A DNA stretch of 55,291 bases from assembly GCA_041590855.1 (NCBI GenBank), contig JBFHTA010000001.1:1-55291 (forward strand). Direction: 5' to 3'. Below, in pieces: positions 13,501-23,143 of the stretch (position 1 is the stretch's first letter; every line of letters starts with the position of its first letter). A model generated the notes under the pieces. It made no database searches, was not told where the DNA came from, and worked only from the letters and a program-made list of their open reading frames with translations. Made by a program: the position numbers and the translations under genes. This DNA comes from Pseudomonadales bacterium (lineage in GTDB: Bacteria; Pseudomonadota; Gammaproteobacteria; Pseudomonadales; Litoribrevibacteraceae).

Positions 13501-13994
13501 TTAAAGCAATCAAAGAAGGCAAAGAACCGAACTTAGACAAACCGCTTCAGCAGTCCACAGAAATCAATCTGAAAGTGCCAGCGCTGATCCCGAATGACTA
13601 CCTACCGGACATCCATGAACGTCTAATCATATATAAGCGCATTTCGAACGCAAAAAACAAAGAAGCATTGCACGATTTGAAGGTAGAAATGGTCGACAGG
13701 TTTGGCCTATTACCCGACGCCACCAAAAACCTGTTCCGTCTGACTGAACTGCGCTTTAAAGCAGAAACCCTTGGTATCACCAAACTTGAAGCAGGCCCCA
13801 AAACAGGAAAAATTCACTTTGCGTCCGACACAACTGTAGACACCTTCAAAATTGTCACTATGATGCAATCTCAACCGCAGAAGTATCGTTTACAAGGTGG
13901 TAACCAGTTGCAATTCACCTTAGATATGAACAAAACTGATCGACGCTTTCAGGCAGTGGATGCCTTATTAAACGAATTAGCCCCTAAGGATTAA
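10527..13994 (+). CDS. mfd: Transcription-repair coupling factor
   Basis: FPDWETLPYD, VVHLDHGVGRY (RID), GDVGFGKT, DEEH, TATPIPRT, QLRGRVGR, DLEIRGAGELLG. Confidence 0.98.
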   Translation: MLFDSSLLISKPQPSDHKRFGNVIGSSAALLITQTLKQVNGFGLVITDNNSQADLLTQELEFFSQGSIPVLSFPDWETLPYDTFSPHQDIISERLKTLNTLGQTSQGVLIISAQTLMQKVPPASFIGKYVFSIANGKALKLEKLRDKLTHAGYQHVDTVYEHGEFSIRGSIIDLFPMGHDLPYRIELFDDEVESLRSFDPDTQRSIDKFDQINLLPAREFPCNEESFTSFRKHFRETFEQSHKAPLLKDLQNNLIPSGIEYYQPLFFKDSPEEVMSSLIDYLPEQTCIFGFSELNAQLDKFWHDIEQRYESLRYDIERPILAPQELYSRPEELHAQLKHFQRLTLTEDAIEEQAGRTNLPTSKAPDLTVDHRLAEPYSRIIQFSKEYQGTLVLIPDSPGRRETLAESLKSAGIQTQNIAQWKDLSLNETKTVQLVVAPLSKGVVFEEQNLALITEQELFGFTVSQRRRVTKTEDHGDQVIKNLTELKMDAPVVHLDHGVGRYRGLETIELDGQANEFLILEYADNAKLYVPVNNLHMIARYTGADDEHAPINKLGSERWSQAKRKAAEKARDTAAQLLDIYARRAAKKGHQFDLPDDSYRQFSAGFPFEETPDQAQAINAVIQDMHKPTPMDRLVCGDVGFGKTEVAMRAAFIAVQSGKQVAVLVPTTLLAQQHYESFRDRFADWPVKVEVLSRFKTTKEQNAALAQLEEGKVDILVGTHKIIQGDVKFKDLGLLIIDEEHRFGVQQKEKLKSLRADVDILTLTATPIPRTLNMSMSGIRDLSIIATPPAKRLSVKTFIRQKDDVTLREALLRELLRGGQAYVLHNEVKTIEKVTQNIRELMPEARVEFAHGQMRESELERIMSDFYHRRFNILVCTTIIETGIDVPNANTIIIERADKFGLAQLHQLRGRVGRSHHQAYAYLMTPPPRSITKDAVKRLEAISAADTLGAGFTLATHDLEIRGAGELLGDDQSGQIEGVGFTLYMELLEDAVKAIKEGKEPNLDKPLQQSTEINLKVPALIPNDYLPDIHERLIIYKRISNAKNKEALHDLKVEMVDRFGLLPDATKNLFRLTELRFKAETLGITKLEAGPKTGKIHFASDTTVDTFKIVTMMQSQPQKYRLQGGNQLQFTLDMNKTDRRFQAVDALLNELAPKD

Positions 13995-13997
13995 GCC

Positions 13998-15134
13998 TTG
14001 AAATCAACACTTTTATCCGCACTGTGCCTATTTACCTGTTTATCCGGCACAACCTACAGCATGGCAGAAACTGTTTCGTCGGCAATCCCGACCACAGAAA
14101 ACGATATAAACGCCGAAGATCTATCGAGAGACTTATTACGTCAACGCAACCACCCTCAGGCAGCGACGTCCATACCCTCAGAACCTGAAAACAAACCAGG
14201 AAAGACACTGGTATTGGAACAGGCAGACGCCCCCTGGTTCAAAGTTGAAATCATCGTATTTAAGCAGACAGTCACAAGTGTAACCGAGGAATTTCCGGAA
14301 CAAATCGAGTACACGCCATCCGACAAACTGATAACCTTGAAAGGCTTTGATTACCCGGAGCAACACTACACCCGCGCATCAAACCATAATATCAACTACG
14401 CATCCTATGTCGTTCCATCCTTCTCGGAGACAAGCGACGCCTCTTTGAAAAACGGGCCAGCTTCAGATGAAAACAGCAACATATCAGCACACACACCAGA
14501 AAGCACCCTCAGAAATGAAAGCGATACAGACAGTCTGAAAGAAAACCTGCCATCCGCTTACACCCAAGAAGCACTCGAATTACTGACAGAAGCTCAAAAG
14601 CGTCTTGAGAAAAGTCCAAACTATGAAATTCTGTTGGCTACCGCCTGGAAACAACCAACTGTCACCAAAGAAGAATCACCAACACTACACCTGACGGCAG
14701 GCAACTGGTACGACGACCAACCTGAATTTGAAGCATTCATTAAAATCAGTAAACAACGATACTTACACGCCTATGCGGATCTATTCCTGAAAAGATACAG
14801 CTTGAAGTCAGAACAGACTTTGCCTTTTGAGTTAGGCTCAGACGTCATGACCTTGGATTCCTCCGCCTCTGCTGCCGGGAACACATTTGAATCATCAGAA
14901 TTTATGAACCAAGGCATTCAGCCACACCACTTCCAACTGTTTTCCCTGGACGTTGACCATCAACTCTTTGACCAAACAGAAGAGCACACCTCGTCGTACA
15001 TCACCAACGAGGTCTTCAGCATCAAGGAAGATAGAATCATGAAACACTCTAAAGACCTCTACTACCTTGACCACCCCAAGTTTGGGATGATCATTAAGGT
15101 CACACCACTTGATCAGCTGGAAGAAAACGAGTGA
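13998..15134 (+). CDS. csiV: CsiV-family exported (peptidoglycan-binding) protein
   Basis: Signal peptide, WFKVEIIVF, AWKQP, RYLHA and C-terminal YYLDHPKFGMIIKVTP; directly downstream of mfd, the usual position for this family. Confidence 0.8.
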   Translation: MKSTLLSALCLFTCLSGTTYSMAETVSSAIPTTENDINAEDLSRDLLRQRNHPQAATSIPSEPENKPGKTLVLEQADAPWFKVEIIVFKQTVTSVTEEFPEQIEYTPSDKLITLKGFDYPEQHYTRASNHNINYASYVVPSFSETSDASLKNGPASDENSNISAHTPESTLRNESDTDSLKENLPSAYTQEALELLTEAQKRLEKSPNYEILLATAWKQPTVTKEESPTLHLTAGNWYDDQPEFEAFIKISKQRYLHAYADLFLKRYSLKSEQTLPFELGSDVMTLDSSASAAGNTFESSEFMNQGIQPHHFQLFSLDVDHQLFDQTEEHTSSYITNEVFSIKEDRIMKHSKDLYYLDHPKFGMIIKVTPLDQLEENE

Positions 15135-15191
15135 ATAGCCGCTTAATGCCCTTCTTCATCAGATGACAAGACCAATTGAACACCGTCAATC

Positions 15192-16058
15192 TTAATCACA
15201 GCTAGAAATACTCCCATACTCCGAAGAGAAAATGGCGCAATTACCATCACTCACGTAAGACGCGCCATCGGAGTAGTATGAGCTACCACCTCCGGATGAG
15301 CCTCCACCCGAGTTATACCCCAGTGCCTGAGCAGCTTCACGTTCACCATAGGCAATCGCCAGCACGGAATATGCAAAATCTTTCTGCTCATCCAACCCAA
15401 TGTACTCCCACGACGATTGGTATTCCGACAACAGCTGCCGAGCTTGCGCCAGATTTACCTGCGTATCATATGGAAAGGAGGCATAGCTGGCAGCAAGGTT
15501 ATTTACGATCGTCTGGCGCTCAGCTGAGTTAAAGTGCCTTGGCTGCCCCATCTGCGCATGAATAAACTCTAATGCATCCACATAAGCATTAGCGGCATTC
15601 GCAGTAAGTTGCCCACCCGTGCCTTGCGCTAAAACACCTGATTGAGTAGACGAATCTTGCGAGCTGTTAGGAGCGTCATTTGCGGCGGTATCCGACACTG
15701 GAATCACATTAAACAAGACAGTTTCTATGATACGGTCATTACTCTTAACCACAATTTTATAAACACCCAGTGGCCAGCCTTGGTCCGGTTTGGAAAACGT
15801 AAAGGTAGAAGGCAAGTTCCTTTGGGAGATCAACTCAGCACTGGCGACTTCATACCCTGGTGGTGCGACATCACCCACGTCGACCACCACCAAAGATGCT
15901 GACACAATGCTCTTATTATCAACCGTCACTTGATAATGAATATCCGGAGTCGAAGACAAGTAAGAAAACCGGGATTGAATTAATCCGCTGGCATAGAGAA
16001 AAAGCGGTGAAATAAGCAAGGCCAGCGCAAACGACACCCTAGTCACTTTGAATTTCAT
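15192..16058 (-). CDS. Secreted hypothetical protein (start moved to ATG 16058)
   Basis: GGAGG RBS before ATG 16058; signal peptide MKFKVTRVSFALALLISPLFLYA; beta-rich N-domain, S/Q linker, helical domain, Gly/Ser tail with two Cys. Confidence 0.75.
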   Translation of the reverse strand: MKFKVTRVSFALALLISPLFLYASGLIQSRFSYLSSTPDIHYQVTVDNKSIVSASLVVVDVGDVAPPGYEVASAELISQRNLPSTFTFSKPDQGWPLGVYKIVVKSNDRIIETVLFNVIPVSDTAANDAPNSSQDSSTQSGVLAQGTGGQLTANAANAYVDALEFIHAQMGQPRHFNSAERQTIVNNLAASYASFPYDTQVNLAQARQLLSEYQSSWEYIGLDEQKDFAYSVLAIAYGEREAAQALGYNSGGGSSGGGSSYYSDGASYVSDGNCAIFSSEYGSISSCD

Positions 16059-16163
16059 GGCAACCTCCACAAAAAGTGAATCGTTACCCTAACTATAGAA
16101 TCAATTGGCCAAAGTATTCCGGGATCAGACAGCTGGTCAAACAGCAATAAGAACAATCACTTG

Positions 16164-18068
16164 CTAAAACTTTAATGTGCGATAATAGCGCTCAAACTCG
16201 CCCTTGGTAACTTCACCAACAATTCGGCCAATTTGCTCGCCCTGACCATTATAGAAAAGAAATGCAGGAGGCCCGAAAAGATTCTGCTGCTGAAGAAAGA
16301 GCGCATTTGCATCAGCCACGTCGGTAATGTCAACTTTAACAACGTCTACCCCCTTCATCATTGTCTGAATATCGGGCTGAACCAGAATCTCCTTCTCCAT
16401 CACAAAACAAGAGACACACCAGTCAGCCAACACATCCAACATTACGGGTTTTCCTTGCCGCTGCGATTGCGCCAACAGATTATCCAACTCCGCTCCAGGC
16501 CTCACTGTAACAGCCTGTAATTTAAGAGGATCAGCCTGAACCGCCCCTCCCGAAGAAACAAAAGACAGTGGCGTTTCAAAACTGGCCTTACCCGACAAGC
16601 CAGACGCCAGCAACGCCAATGCATAGATAAATACAACCAACAAAAAGCCACGATAAAGCGCATTTGTCACTGCATCCAAAACACCGGCCCAAATGGTAAA
16701 GACAATCAGGATGACAGCAACCAAAATGGCGATCATTTCTAGTGGAAGCAAATGCTTAACCAAATACAGTGCCATCAAGAGCAGCAATACACCAAAGACC
16801 ACCTTCACCTGCTCCATCCAAACACCTGCCTTTGGCAACACATTTCGCCCGCCAAGCACCAAAGCCATCAAGGGTATACCCATACCCACAGCCATAGCGA
16901 AGAGCGCTGCACCACCAAGCAACATATCCTGGGTTGTACTAATGTAAATCAAAACACCCGCCAAGGGGCCTGACACACAAGGGGAAACCACCAGCGCAGA
17001 AATCGCCCCCAAAATAACACACCCGATCAAGCCATGATTTTTTGAACCATCCCCAACCACAGTTAAGCGAGATCGAATAAATTCCGGCAATTGCAATTCA
17101 TACAAACCAAACATGGCCAACGCTAACGCCACAAAGATCGCAGCAAAAACACCAACTACCATCGGCTGCTGCAACCAGGCCTGCATTTGAACAGCATCCC
17201 CAAAACCAGCCATGGCAACACCTAGAGCACTGTAGGTGACTGCCATTCCCAAAACATAAGACAAAGACGCCAAGAAAGCAGAATGTCTGTGTTTACCCTG
17301 ATGATTAACAACAACAGAACTCAGTATTGGCAACATCGGCAAAACGCAAGGCGTGAACGCCAACCCTAAACCAATCCCGAGAAACATAAGAACAGTCAGT
17401 AGGAAACCTTCTTTCATTAAGGTTTCAGTGGAAGAAGGTGAACCATTGTCAGCCTTCGAAGCAATTAGCCCTTCCGAAGACAGAGGCTCAGCGGCTAGCA
17501 TAGGCGACTTGTCTTCCGAAGAGATAATCGACGGGGAAGCATCTGTAGATCCACCTTCCCAAAATGCGGTTTTTCTGGTTGGCGGATAACACAAGCCGGC
17601 ATCAGCACAGCCTTGGTAACGAACTTTGACTTCCCCTTCTACTTCAGGAGAAACAATCACTCCCCATTGCTTGTAGTAGACATTAACCAATCCAAAGGCA
17701 GGATCGTCCTTCTCTTTTGAAACACCCTCAATCGTCTCAAAAGCCAGTTTATTACCTGCTGCGTCCTTGATCGTTAAACGGTCTTCATAAAGATAATACC
17801 CATCGGTGATATCCCAACGAAGAATCAGCCGGTTATCATCACTGACCAGAGATTCAAACTGAAACGCCTCGTCGACGGGCAAAAACTCCGGTTCCTCCTG
17901 TGCAAACAGGTTTGCACCCTCGCCTGAGCTTCCCCACAAACTACCACCCGACGCATAAGAAAGATTTGCCCCTGTTAACAGTACCAGCATCGTCACACTG
18001 GTCAGCAACCACACAAGATACTCCCTTACCAAAAATTGCGTGTTGCAATACCCATTAACTGAAGCCAT
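16164..18068 (-). CDS. dsbD: Thiol:disulfide interchange protein DsbD
   Basis: YQGCADAGLCYPP (alpha), FTPCVLPM and SPCVSGP (TM domain), ADWCVSC (thioredoxin domain). Confidence 0.96.
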   Translation of the reverse strand: MASVNGYCNTQFLVREYLVWLLTSVTMLVLLTGANLSYASGGSLWGSSGEGANLFAQEEPEFLPVDEAFQFESLVSDDNRLILRWDITDGYYLYEDRLTIKDAAGNKLAFETIEGVSKEKDDPAFGLVNVYYKQWGVIVSPEVEGEVKVRYQGCADAGLCYPPTRKTAFWEGGSTDASPSIISSEDKSPMLAAEPLSSEGLIASKADNGSPSSTETLMKEGFLLTVLMFLGIGLGLAFTPCVLPMLPILSSVVVNHQGKHRHSAFLASLSYVLGMAVTYSALGVAMAGFGDAVQMQAWLQQPMVVGVFAAIFVALALAMFGLYELQLPEFIRSRLTVVGDGSKNHGLIGCVILGAISALVVSPCVSGPLAGVLIYISTTQDMLLGGAALFAMAVGMGIPLMALVLGGRNVLPKAGVWMEQVKVVFGVLLLLMALYLVKHLLPLEMIAILVAVILIVFTIWAGVLDAVTNALYRGFLLVVFIYALALLASGLSGKASFETPLSFVSSGGAVQADPLKLQAVTVRPGAELDNLLAQSQRQGKPVMLDVLADWCVSCFVMEKEILVQPDIQTMMKGVDVVKVDITDVADANALFLQQQNLFGPPAFLFYNGQGEQIGRIVGEVTKGEFERYYRTLKF

Positions 18069-18134
18069 AACTACATCTCAAATTCAGGAAAATAAAACAA
18101 ATACCGTAACTTATATGGACTCATCAAAACCCAC

Positions 18135-19277
18135 TTAGTTCCCTTCCAACTCCACTCTGGCCTCTTTCAGTAAATCACCCTCCAAGTGCAGAGTTTGAGT
18201 AGGAAAGGCCATATCCGCACCGTGCTTATGAACGATTGACATTATTTTCAACAACACCTGCTCTTTGATTTTATGAAATTCAACCCAATCGGTCGTTTTG
18301 GTGAAGGTATACACAAAGAAATCAAGCGAGTGCGCACCAAACGAATTAAAGTTAACGATCAGTGTCTGATTAGTATCAATATCCGGGTGGGTCGCCAACA
18401 TTTCACGAACCTCTTTCACAATATTAGGCACCTGACGGGCATCCTGATACCGTAAACCAATGGTTTCATAGATTCTGCGATTTAACATTCTTGACGGATT
18501 TTCGACAGAGATACTGGTAAACGTTGAATTAGGCACGTACAAGGGACGCTTATCAAAGGTTCGGATACGGGTTAAGCGCCAACCAATGTCCTCTACCGTT
18601 CCCTCAATGTTTTTATCTGGCGAACGAACCCAATCACCCACTTTGAAAGGTCGATCCAGATAGATCATCAGGCCGCCAAAAAAGTTTGCCAGCAAATCCT
18701 TCGCCGCAAAACCGACCGCAATACCACCAACACCCCCAAACGCCAACAATCCAGAGATACTAATCCCCAAAGTCTGCAGCACTACCAAAAGACAGACAAC
18801 AAACACCACAGCTCTCATCGCCTTACCCAGCGCTTTAACTGTCGTCAAATCCATAGGTTTACTTAAGCGATTCGGATCAATTAAAACCCGCTCAGCCTGC
18901 TTGATAAAGCGCAAAGCAAACCAACACATGAACACAACCACAAAGATGGCGTAACGCTCAGGCTGAATATAATCAAGCACAGAACTGACGGTATTATTCG
19001 AGGAGCTCTTCTCGACAATATCAACAGACAAAATAACAGCCGCCACCCATACTGATATCCTGACCGGTTTACGTAATGCATAAATAAAAGAGTCGTCCCA
19101 CAGGTTTTGGGTCTTTTCCGCCTGCTTTTCAGCAATGTCCAACATGCGAGTTGCCACCACATTGATAACGGCTGCCAGGATCAGCACCAACATTACCAAC
19201 CACACCCATGTATAGCCTTCAGACCAGTCCAGCCAGCCTTGTGCCATTATCCAGTCTTCCATATTTATATCATTCAT
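18135..19277 (-). CDS. MscS-family mechanosensitive channel (YnaI-like)
   Basis: GGVGGIAVGFAAKDLLANFFGG, RPFKVGDWV, GTVEDIGWRLTRIRTFD, AFPTQTL. Confidence 0.93.
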   Translation of the reverse strand: MNDINMEDWIMAQGWLDWSEGYTWVWLVMLVLILAAVINVVATRMLDIAEKQAEKTQNLWDDSFIYALRKPVRISVWVAAVILSVDIVEKSSSNNTVSSVLDYIQPERYAIFVVVFMCWFALRFIKQAERVLIDPNRLSKPMDLTTVKALGKAMRAVVFVVCLLVVLQTLGISISGLLAFGGVGGIAVGFAAKDLLANFFGGLMIYLDRPFKVGDWVRSPDKNIEGTVEDIGWRLTRIRTFDKRPLYVPNSTFTSISVENPSRMLNRRIYETIGLRYQDARQVPNIVKEVREMLATHPDIDTNQTLIVNFNSFGAHSLDFFVYTFTKTTDWVEFHKIKEQVLLKIMSIVHKHGADMAFPTQTLHLEGDLLKEARVELEGN

Positions 19278-19884
19278 TACTTAACCTTGATGTTGAAATG
19301 AAACATTAACGAGTGATTTACGAAGAGCACAAAATGTATAAGAGAATGAAACCCACATCAAAGGGTTTATCAGAAAAACTGCGCAATAGATCAATAAAGA
19401 ACAGATTTACCAGAACCCCGGACTAACGCATGACACTGTCCGGAAGCCATTCAGATAAATTTAGAAACCAAGACAAGAAAGACTCGAGACAGCCTTCCTA
19501 AAAAGAGCTTAACCCTGTCATAAACAACAAAGTAGCCGCCAGAACCAACAAGGCATCTCCAATATCCCTGCGATGCACCACCATACCAATCATCAGCTTA
19601 ATCATTATCACAACAGCATCCTTGCTTTCGAACAATCCCTGGACAGGCCCAGCCTGTACAACCCTCAGATGAGTACCATAAAAGAGGATTAAAACCACTT
19701 CCAGAGACACAACAAACAACCCTTGTAAGAAAATCACTCAATATAACTAGCGACAAAAATAGAAACCGCGCCAAGTCAGCTACACTTAAATAATCAAAAA
19801 CAGAATTTGCCTGAGTTCAACACTCTTAAAAGAAACCCCAAAACACAAGGAGCGTACCCACCCACTCTAGAGGAGATCAGCGTT

Positions 19885-20412
19885 ATGTCTATCGCCCATA
19901 ATCTGGCCACTTATCTCGAAGATCAGGCCATCCGCTATCACACCATTACACACCCGGAAAGTCATTCGACTGCAGACAGCGCAAGATCTGCCAACATCCC
20001 CATGCACAACATGATCAAAGCCATTTTGTTAAGCAACGGGGACAACTTCCTTATAGCGTTAATCCCCGCAGATCACCGACTGGACATTAAACAAGTCAAT
20101 CAAACACTGTCATCCCACTGGTCTTTGGCACCGGAAACTGAACTTCCCAAAATATTCCAAGATTGCACCATAGGCTCGATACCCGCAGTACCTGCTGCTT
20201 ACCACCTCAGCGCCATCTGGAGTAGCTGCATTGCCGATATTGAAAAGATCTACATGGAGTCGGGCGACGATCACGCTCTGATCAGCATGAGCAACCGACA
20301 ATTTCTATCTCTCATTGCCACCCAGACCAAAGGCAATATCAGCCACACCAGCATCGGCTACCCACCCACCAGCGCACAGTTCGACACTGAAGACAATTCA
20401 GCCGAATATTAA
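19885..20412 (+). CDS. YbaK/aminoacyl-tRNA deacylase-like protein (start moved to ATG 19885)
   Basis: GAGGAG RBS before ATG 19885; IKAILL...ALIPAD.RLD and FQDCTIGSIP motifs typical of YbaK-like domains. Confidence 0.8.
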   Translation: MSIAHNLATYLEDQAIRYHTITHPESHSTADSARSANIPMHNMIKAILLSNGDNFLIALIPADHRLDIKQVNQTLSSHWSLAPETELPKIFQDCTIGSIPAVPAAYHLSAIWSSCIADIEKIYMESGDDHALISMSNRQFLSLIATQTKGNISHTSIGYPPTSAQFDTEDNSAEY

Positions 20413-20491
20413 AAGCCTCAAGAGCAAAACTCTTCATGCCAGGGTATACAAGCCCTGGCCGCCTTTTCCGTAAAACTTAAAGCCAGAAAGA

Positions 20492-20507
20492 TCAAACAAA
20501 CGATTGA
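20492..20507. promoter_or_regulatory. Putative PsrA-type (TetR) operator
   Basis: TCAAAC-AAAC-GATTGA, one mismatch to the TCAAAC-N4-GTTTGA palindrome, upstream of a fatty-acid operon. Confidence 0.5.
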
Positions 20508-20522
20508 ATTCTTTTTAATTTG

Positions 20523-20540
20523 AGAGTACAAATGTACGCT
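20523..20540. promoter_or_regulatory. FabR/DesT-type operator
   Basis: AGAGTACA-AA-TGTACGCT, one mismatch to AGCGTACA-N2-TGTACGCT, just upstream of the RBS of the reductase/desaturase operon. Confidence 0.75.
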
Positions 20541-20557
20541 GAATTAAGGAGAAAAGC

Positions 20558-21697
20558 ATGAACACTTTAAGCAAAAAAAACTTTTCCGTTAAAAATCAAA
20601 AACCTAAAAGCAAACTCATGCGATTACTTAATCAATCCTTAGTAAACAATGCATCGCTGAGTTCATACTACGAGCCATTAATCCAATCGTTCATTCCCGC
20701 TTGGAGCACTCGAAAATTCCGGGCAAAAGTCACCAACATTTGCCGAATTTCATCCGAGGTTATTACTCTATCGCTCAAACCCAGTGGCCAATGGCCCTGC
20801 TTCCAGGCGGGTCAATACATAGAACTCACTGTAAATCAGAACGGAGCTTTCGTTACCCGTTGTTTCAGTATTTCCAGCTCAACCACCCACTGGACTAAAA
20901 CAGGGGAAATAGAACTAACTGTTCGGGAACAGGATCAAGGCAGGATTACTCCCTGGCTAATCAACGGACTAAAACGAAATCAGTACGTTCAGATTTCGAA
21001 ACCGAAAGGCGACTTCATTTTCCATAACACCCAGCGTGACAAACTGCTCATAGCGGGCGGTACCGGCATTACCCCCATCAAAAGCCTGTTAAGCAGTACA
21101 AATAAACACCCGGGCAAGCTGGACCTGATTTACTTTTCACGGGATACGCACCTCTTTAAGGAGCAACTGAACTCACTCACCGAATCACTAGACACTTTAA
21201 GCATCCACCTGATTAACACCCAACAACAAGGGCATTTAACCTCAGAACTTCTGAAGGACTTATGCCCGGACGCCAAGCAACGTCAAATCTACCTTTGTGG
21301 CCCCACCCAATTATCAGATTCAGCCACTCAGATACTGAACGCTTTAGGAATCCCAGAAGAAGAGATCATTCAAGAGCACTTTCTCCCGATCCGAAAATCC
21401 CCTACTCATCAAACCGCTCTAAATGACACGGCAACTCAAGCCCAACTGACATTCAACAAAGCAGGCCGCAAGATCGAAGCCAACTACAGACCGGATCAAA
21501 CCCTGCTGGAAGCGGCAGAAGAAGCCAAACTGTCACCCAATTACGGCTGTCGAATGGGCATTTGCCATCAATGTAAATGCACAAAAACCAGAGGCGTGGT
21601 TCTAAACACACTTACCGGAGAGGTCTCCGATACTTCGGAAGAGGTAATTCAACTGTGTATCTCCATGCCTTTAAGCGATCTGGAGGTACAGCTGTAG
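20558..21697 (+). CDS. FAD/NAD(P)H ferredoxin reductase with C-terminal 2Fe-2S domain (desaturase partner, DesC-like)
   Basis: AGQY, RCFSISS, AGGTGITP, YLCGP, GCRMGICHQC...C. Confidence 0.92.
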   Translation: MNTLSKKNFSVKNQKPKSKLMRLLNQSLVNNASLSSYYEPLIQSFIPAWSTRKFRAKVTNICRISSEVITLSLKPSGQWPCFQAGQYIELTVNQNGAFVTRCFSISSSTTHWTKTGEIELTVREQDQGRITPWLINGLKRNQYVQISKPKGDFIFHNTQRDKLLIAGGTGITPIKSLLSSTNKHPGKLDLIYFSRDTHLFKEQLNSLTESLDTLSIHLINTQQQGHLTSELLKDLCPDAKQRQIYLCGPTQLSDSATQILNALGIPEEEIIQEHFLPIRKSPTHQTALNDTATQAQLTFNKAGRKIEANYRPDQTLLEAAEEAKLSPNYGCRMGICHQCKCTKTRGVVLNTLTGEVSDTSEEVIQLCISMPLSDLEVQL

Positions 21698-21789
21698 TCT
21701 CCAAATTCGTTACCGCATCATAAAGAGATGAAAAACACTGTATCCCTAAACACATTGATTGCCAGTTAGAACACAAACGGACAAACACC

Positions 21790-22992
21790 ATGAACACGCA
21801 AACATTTCCCACACAGCAACCTTCAGAGTTTGAAGCAGAGCGGGCAGACACTCAGCCAAAGGAACCGTCACTTTGCATGACCTCTCCAACGGAGACAGCC
21901 CCAAAACTATCGGAAGCTGCCTACGAAGGACTGGCGCAAGACTTAGATGCCCTCAGAGAAGAAACCCTGGCAAAAGTCGGTCAAAAAGATGCTGATTACA
22001 TTCGCCGAATCATTCGTATAGAACGCTGGAGCGGTATTGCTGGCCGAATTACTATGGTGCTGGGCTTTTTCCACCCGCTATTCTGGGTAGCTGGCGTTGC
22101 CTTGCTCGCACTGTCCAAAATCCTTAACAACATGGAAGTCGGACACAATGTGCTTCACGGTCAATACGACTGGATGAATGATCCCTACATCAACTCCAAA
22201 ACCTTTGATTGGAACATCGTAGGAGACACTGATTCCTGGAAACAGGTGCACAATTACGAACATCACACCTACACCAATATTATTGGTAAGGATCGCGATT
22301 TTGGTTACGGGCTTCTCAGGCTGAGTAATGACTTACCATGGCGACTGAAGAATACCTGGCAGATCTTCACCTATGCCCTGTTAAGTTTATTATTTGAATG
22401 GGGAGTGGCTTATCACGAACTGGCTGGCGACCGGGCCTTCAGTAAGAAAACACCAGGCAAAAACCGTCGACCACGACTGACCAAAGCCGGTATAAGAAAA
22501 GCCTTCTTTAGTAAAGCAGGCAAACAAATCTTTAAAGACTACATTTTCTTCCCGATCATTTCCGGCCCAATGTTCCTACCCGTATTGTTAGGCAATCTAT
22601 TGGCCAACCTGATACGAAACCTTTGGACATCCACCATTATTTTCTGCGGACATTTCACTGAAGACATTCATACTTTTAAAGAAGAGGACTGTAAGAACGA
22701 AACCAAAGGCCAATGGTATTATCGCCAAATGCTGGGATCGTCGAATTTTGAAGGAAAACGCTGGTTCCACATTCTTTCTGGTCACCTAAGTTGCCAGATA
22801 GAGCACCACCTGTTTCCTGATGTTCCAGCCCACAGATACCTGGATATGGCTCCGGAAGTCAGAAAAATCGCCGCAAAGTATGGTATCCCATACAATACCG
22901 GCCGTTTTTCCTCGCAGTACTTTACTGTGCTGAAACGCATTCTCAAGTACTCTTTCCCACAGAAATCCCCGAGTATGCTATCCGTCGGGTAG
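21790..22992 (+). CDS. Acyl-CoA desaturase (DesB/DesA3-like)
   Basis: His boxes GHNVLHG, HNYEHH and QIEHHLFP; paired with upstream reductase. Confidence 0.93.
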   Translation: MNTQTFPTQQPSEFEAERADTQPKEPSLCMTSPTETAPKLSEAAYEGLAQDLDALREETLAKVGQKDADYIRRIIRIERWSGIAGRITMVLGFFHPLFWVAGVALLALSKILNNMEVGHNVLHGQYDWMNDPYINSKTFDWNIVGDTDSWKQVHNYEHHTYTNIIGKDRDFGYGLLRLSNDLPWRLKNTWQIFTYALLSLLFEWGVAYHELAGDRAFSKKTPGKNRRPRLTKAGIRKAFFSKAGKQIFKDYIFFPIISGPMFLPVLLGNLLANLIRNLWTSTIIFCGHFTEDIHTFKEEDCKNETKGQWYYRQMLGSSNFEGKRWFHILSGHLSCQIEHHLFPDVPAHRYLDMAPEVRKIAAKYGIPYNTGRFSSQYFTVLKRILKYSFPQKSPSMLSVG

Positions 22993-23010
22993 AGCCGACT
23001 AACTTAGAGA

Positions 23011-23034
23011 TGGGGAGTTACCCTGAACTCCCCA
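23011..23034 (+). terminator. Stem-loop after desaturase operon
   Basis: TGGGGAGTT-ACCCTG-AACTCCCCA; no clear U-tract. Confidence 0.45.
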
Positions 23035-23143
23035 CTACCAAGACCTCGACTTAGTCACAGTTTCTCCGATCAATACCATTGGAATCCCTTGCCGCCTAAC
23101 ATACACTTAAATGTTATACAGACGACGAGTCGGATAACAATTA

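Noticed and set aside
19498-19737. 79-aa ORF from the track as a full CDS
   Set aside because: GTG start without RBS and no recognisable motif; only the last 35 codons are kept as a weak candidate
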